Part shown: positions 62,270-64,000 of the stretch, in pieces
Layout: the number at the start of each line of letters is the position of its first letter
Position numbering within the stretch: the stretch's first letter is position 1
Assembly (NCBI GenBank): GCA_030390025.1
Contig: CM059432.1
Span: forward strand, 29,638,001 to 29,702,000
Origin: Squalus acanthias
Lineage: Eukaryota
Length of the DNA stretch: 64,000 bases
Direction of reading: 5' to 3'
Program-made: the position numbers and the translations under genes
The notes under the pieces: generated by a model
The model's input: the letters and a program-made list of their open reading frames with translations, nothing else
Databases searched by the model: none
Told to the model about the DNA's origin: nothing

Positions 62270-64000
62270 TTTATTCATACACGGGAAGGCCAACATTTAT
62301 TGCCCATCTCTAATTGCCCTTGAGAAGGTGGTAGTGAGTAGCCTTCTTGAACTGCCAGTCGTGTGGTGAAGGTACTCTCACAGTGCTGTTAGGTAGGAAG
62401 TTGGTTACCGCCGCCGCTAACCTCCCGCTGAATTTCGCAGGAGGCGTCGGCGGCACCGCGCCCGGGCACTAGTTACCTTGCGTCCCGTTAGCACCTTGTT
62501 AGGGCGCCGCCGGCGATGACGTCATCGCCATGCGCAGCACCCCGCTCGCTGCCTACTTGAGTACTGGGCTCTTTTGCCGGCACACCGATCCCTGGTGGCC
62601 CAGCTGGGCCTCGGGTCGTGCTGCGCAAGGCCCCTCCCCTTTAAGAAGGGGAGGAAGGCCTGCAGTACTGCAGCGCGACGTGCCACAGCGCGTAGCGCCA
62701 CGATATTCCCTCGCAGCGCCCCAAGAGGGAGGCGGGGCGCATCCAGTAGCGCCCCGTTTCCCTCTTGGGGTGCTACCAATGAATTTTGGCCGCGGGGGGT
62801 GCTAATCTTTTTTGGGGGCACTAAAGGTAGCGCCCCGGCAAAGTTAGCGCCCCAAAGGGGGCGCGACTCAATTATTCCCCCTAAATGTTTAAGGTGGTGG
62901 ATGGGGCACCATTCAAGCAGATTGCTTTATCCTGGATGCTGTCAAGCTTCTTGAGTGTTGTTGGAGGTGTACTCATCCAGGCAAGTGGAGAGTTTTTATT
63001 TATTCGTTCATGGGATGTGGGCGTCGCTGGCAAGGCCAGCATTTATTGCTCATCCCTAATTGCCCTTGAGGAGGTGCTGGTGAGCCGCCATCTTGAACCG
63101 TTGCTGTACGTGTGGTGAAGGTACTCCCACAGTGCTGTCAGGGAGGAAGTTCCAGGAATTTGGCACAGCGACGATGAAGGAAAAGCGATATATTTCCAAG
63201 TCAGGAAGGTGTGTAACTTGGAGAGGAACTTGGAGGTGGTGGTTTTTCCCATGCGCCTGCTGCCCTTGTCCTTCTAGGTGGAAGAGGTCACAGGTTTGGG
63301 AGGTGCTGCCGAAGAAGCCTTGACAAGCTGCTGCAGTGCATCTTGTAGATGGTACATACTGCAGCCACGGTGCGCTGGTGGTGGAGGGAGTGAATGTTTA
63401 AAGTGGTGGATGAGGTGCCAATCAAGCAGCTGCTTTGTCCTGGATGGTGTCGAGCTTCTTGAGTGTTATTGGAGCTGCAAGTGGAGGTGAGAGTGACTGC
63501 CCTTGACATCAAGGTATGACTCCAGCCAGTGGAGAGTTTTCTCCTTGAATCCCACTGACTTCAATTTTACTAGGACTCCTTGATGCCACACTCAGTCAAA
63601 TGCTGCCTTGATGTCAAGGGCAGTCACTCTCATCTCACCTCTGGAATTCAGCTCTTTTTGTCCATGTTTGGACCAAGGCTGTAATGAGGTCTGGAAATGA
63701 GTGGTCCTGGTGGTACCCAAACTGAGCATCAGTGAGCAGGTTATTGGTGAGTAAGTGCCACTGATAGCACTATCGATGACTCCTTCCATCATATTGCTGA
63801 TGATTGAGAGTATACAGATGGGGCGGTAATTGGCCAGATTGGATTTGTCCTGCTTTTTGTGGTCAAGACATACCTGGGCAATCTTCTACTTTGTCGGGTA
63901 GATGCCAGTGTTGTAGCTGTACTGGAACAGCTTGGCTCGAGATGCAGCTAGCTCTGGAGCACAGGTCTTCAGCACGACAGCTGGGATGTTGTCGGGGCCT
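62270..64000 (-). mobile_element. Fragments of another CR1/L2/Jockey-group LINE (RT and 3' end)
   Basis: YRPI..L, KMMEGVI, KELNSRGEMRVTALDIKAAFD; 3' ends at ~62270 and ~62996. Confidence 0.8.
62401..62881. mobile_element. GC-rich Harbinger-type MITE related to the 47930 family
   Basis: Shares GCCCGGGCACTAGTT..CCCGTTAGC and TAGCGCCCC motifs with 51300-51551; right end CAATTATTCCCCC|TAA. Confidence 0.6.

Overview
This is eukaryotic, repeat-saturated intergenic or intronic DNA. The repeat content (HE1/V-SINE, SacSINE1-like DeuSINEs, LF-SINE-like copies, HER1/CR1 LINEs) points to a cartilaginous fish, probably a shark. No intact host protein-coding gene can be supported; there is one candidate microexon. 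Main contents: (1) a PIF/Harbinger DNA-transposon family series. It includes a near full-length 3.6-kb element (47930-51551) with TIRs, a TTA-type target duplication, a DDE transposase pseudogene and a convergent Myb/SANT gene; a 0.9-kb deletion derivative of it; and several Myb-retaining derivatives with conserved three-exon structure. (2) Penelope-like elements (GIY-YIG) whose 3' repeats carry five minimal hammerhead-ribozyme motifs with a palindromic, almost absent stem III. (3) Three solo LTRs with 4-bp TSDs, one 1.7 kb long. (4) hAT and Tigger-type MITEs with TSDs. (5) Many nested CR1, L2 and RTE fragments, minisatellites, and an apparent inverted templated insertion. Family names come from recalled motifs, not database searches. 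Boundaries without a TIR or TSD are approximate.
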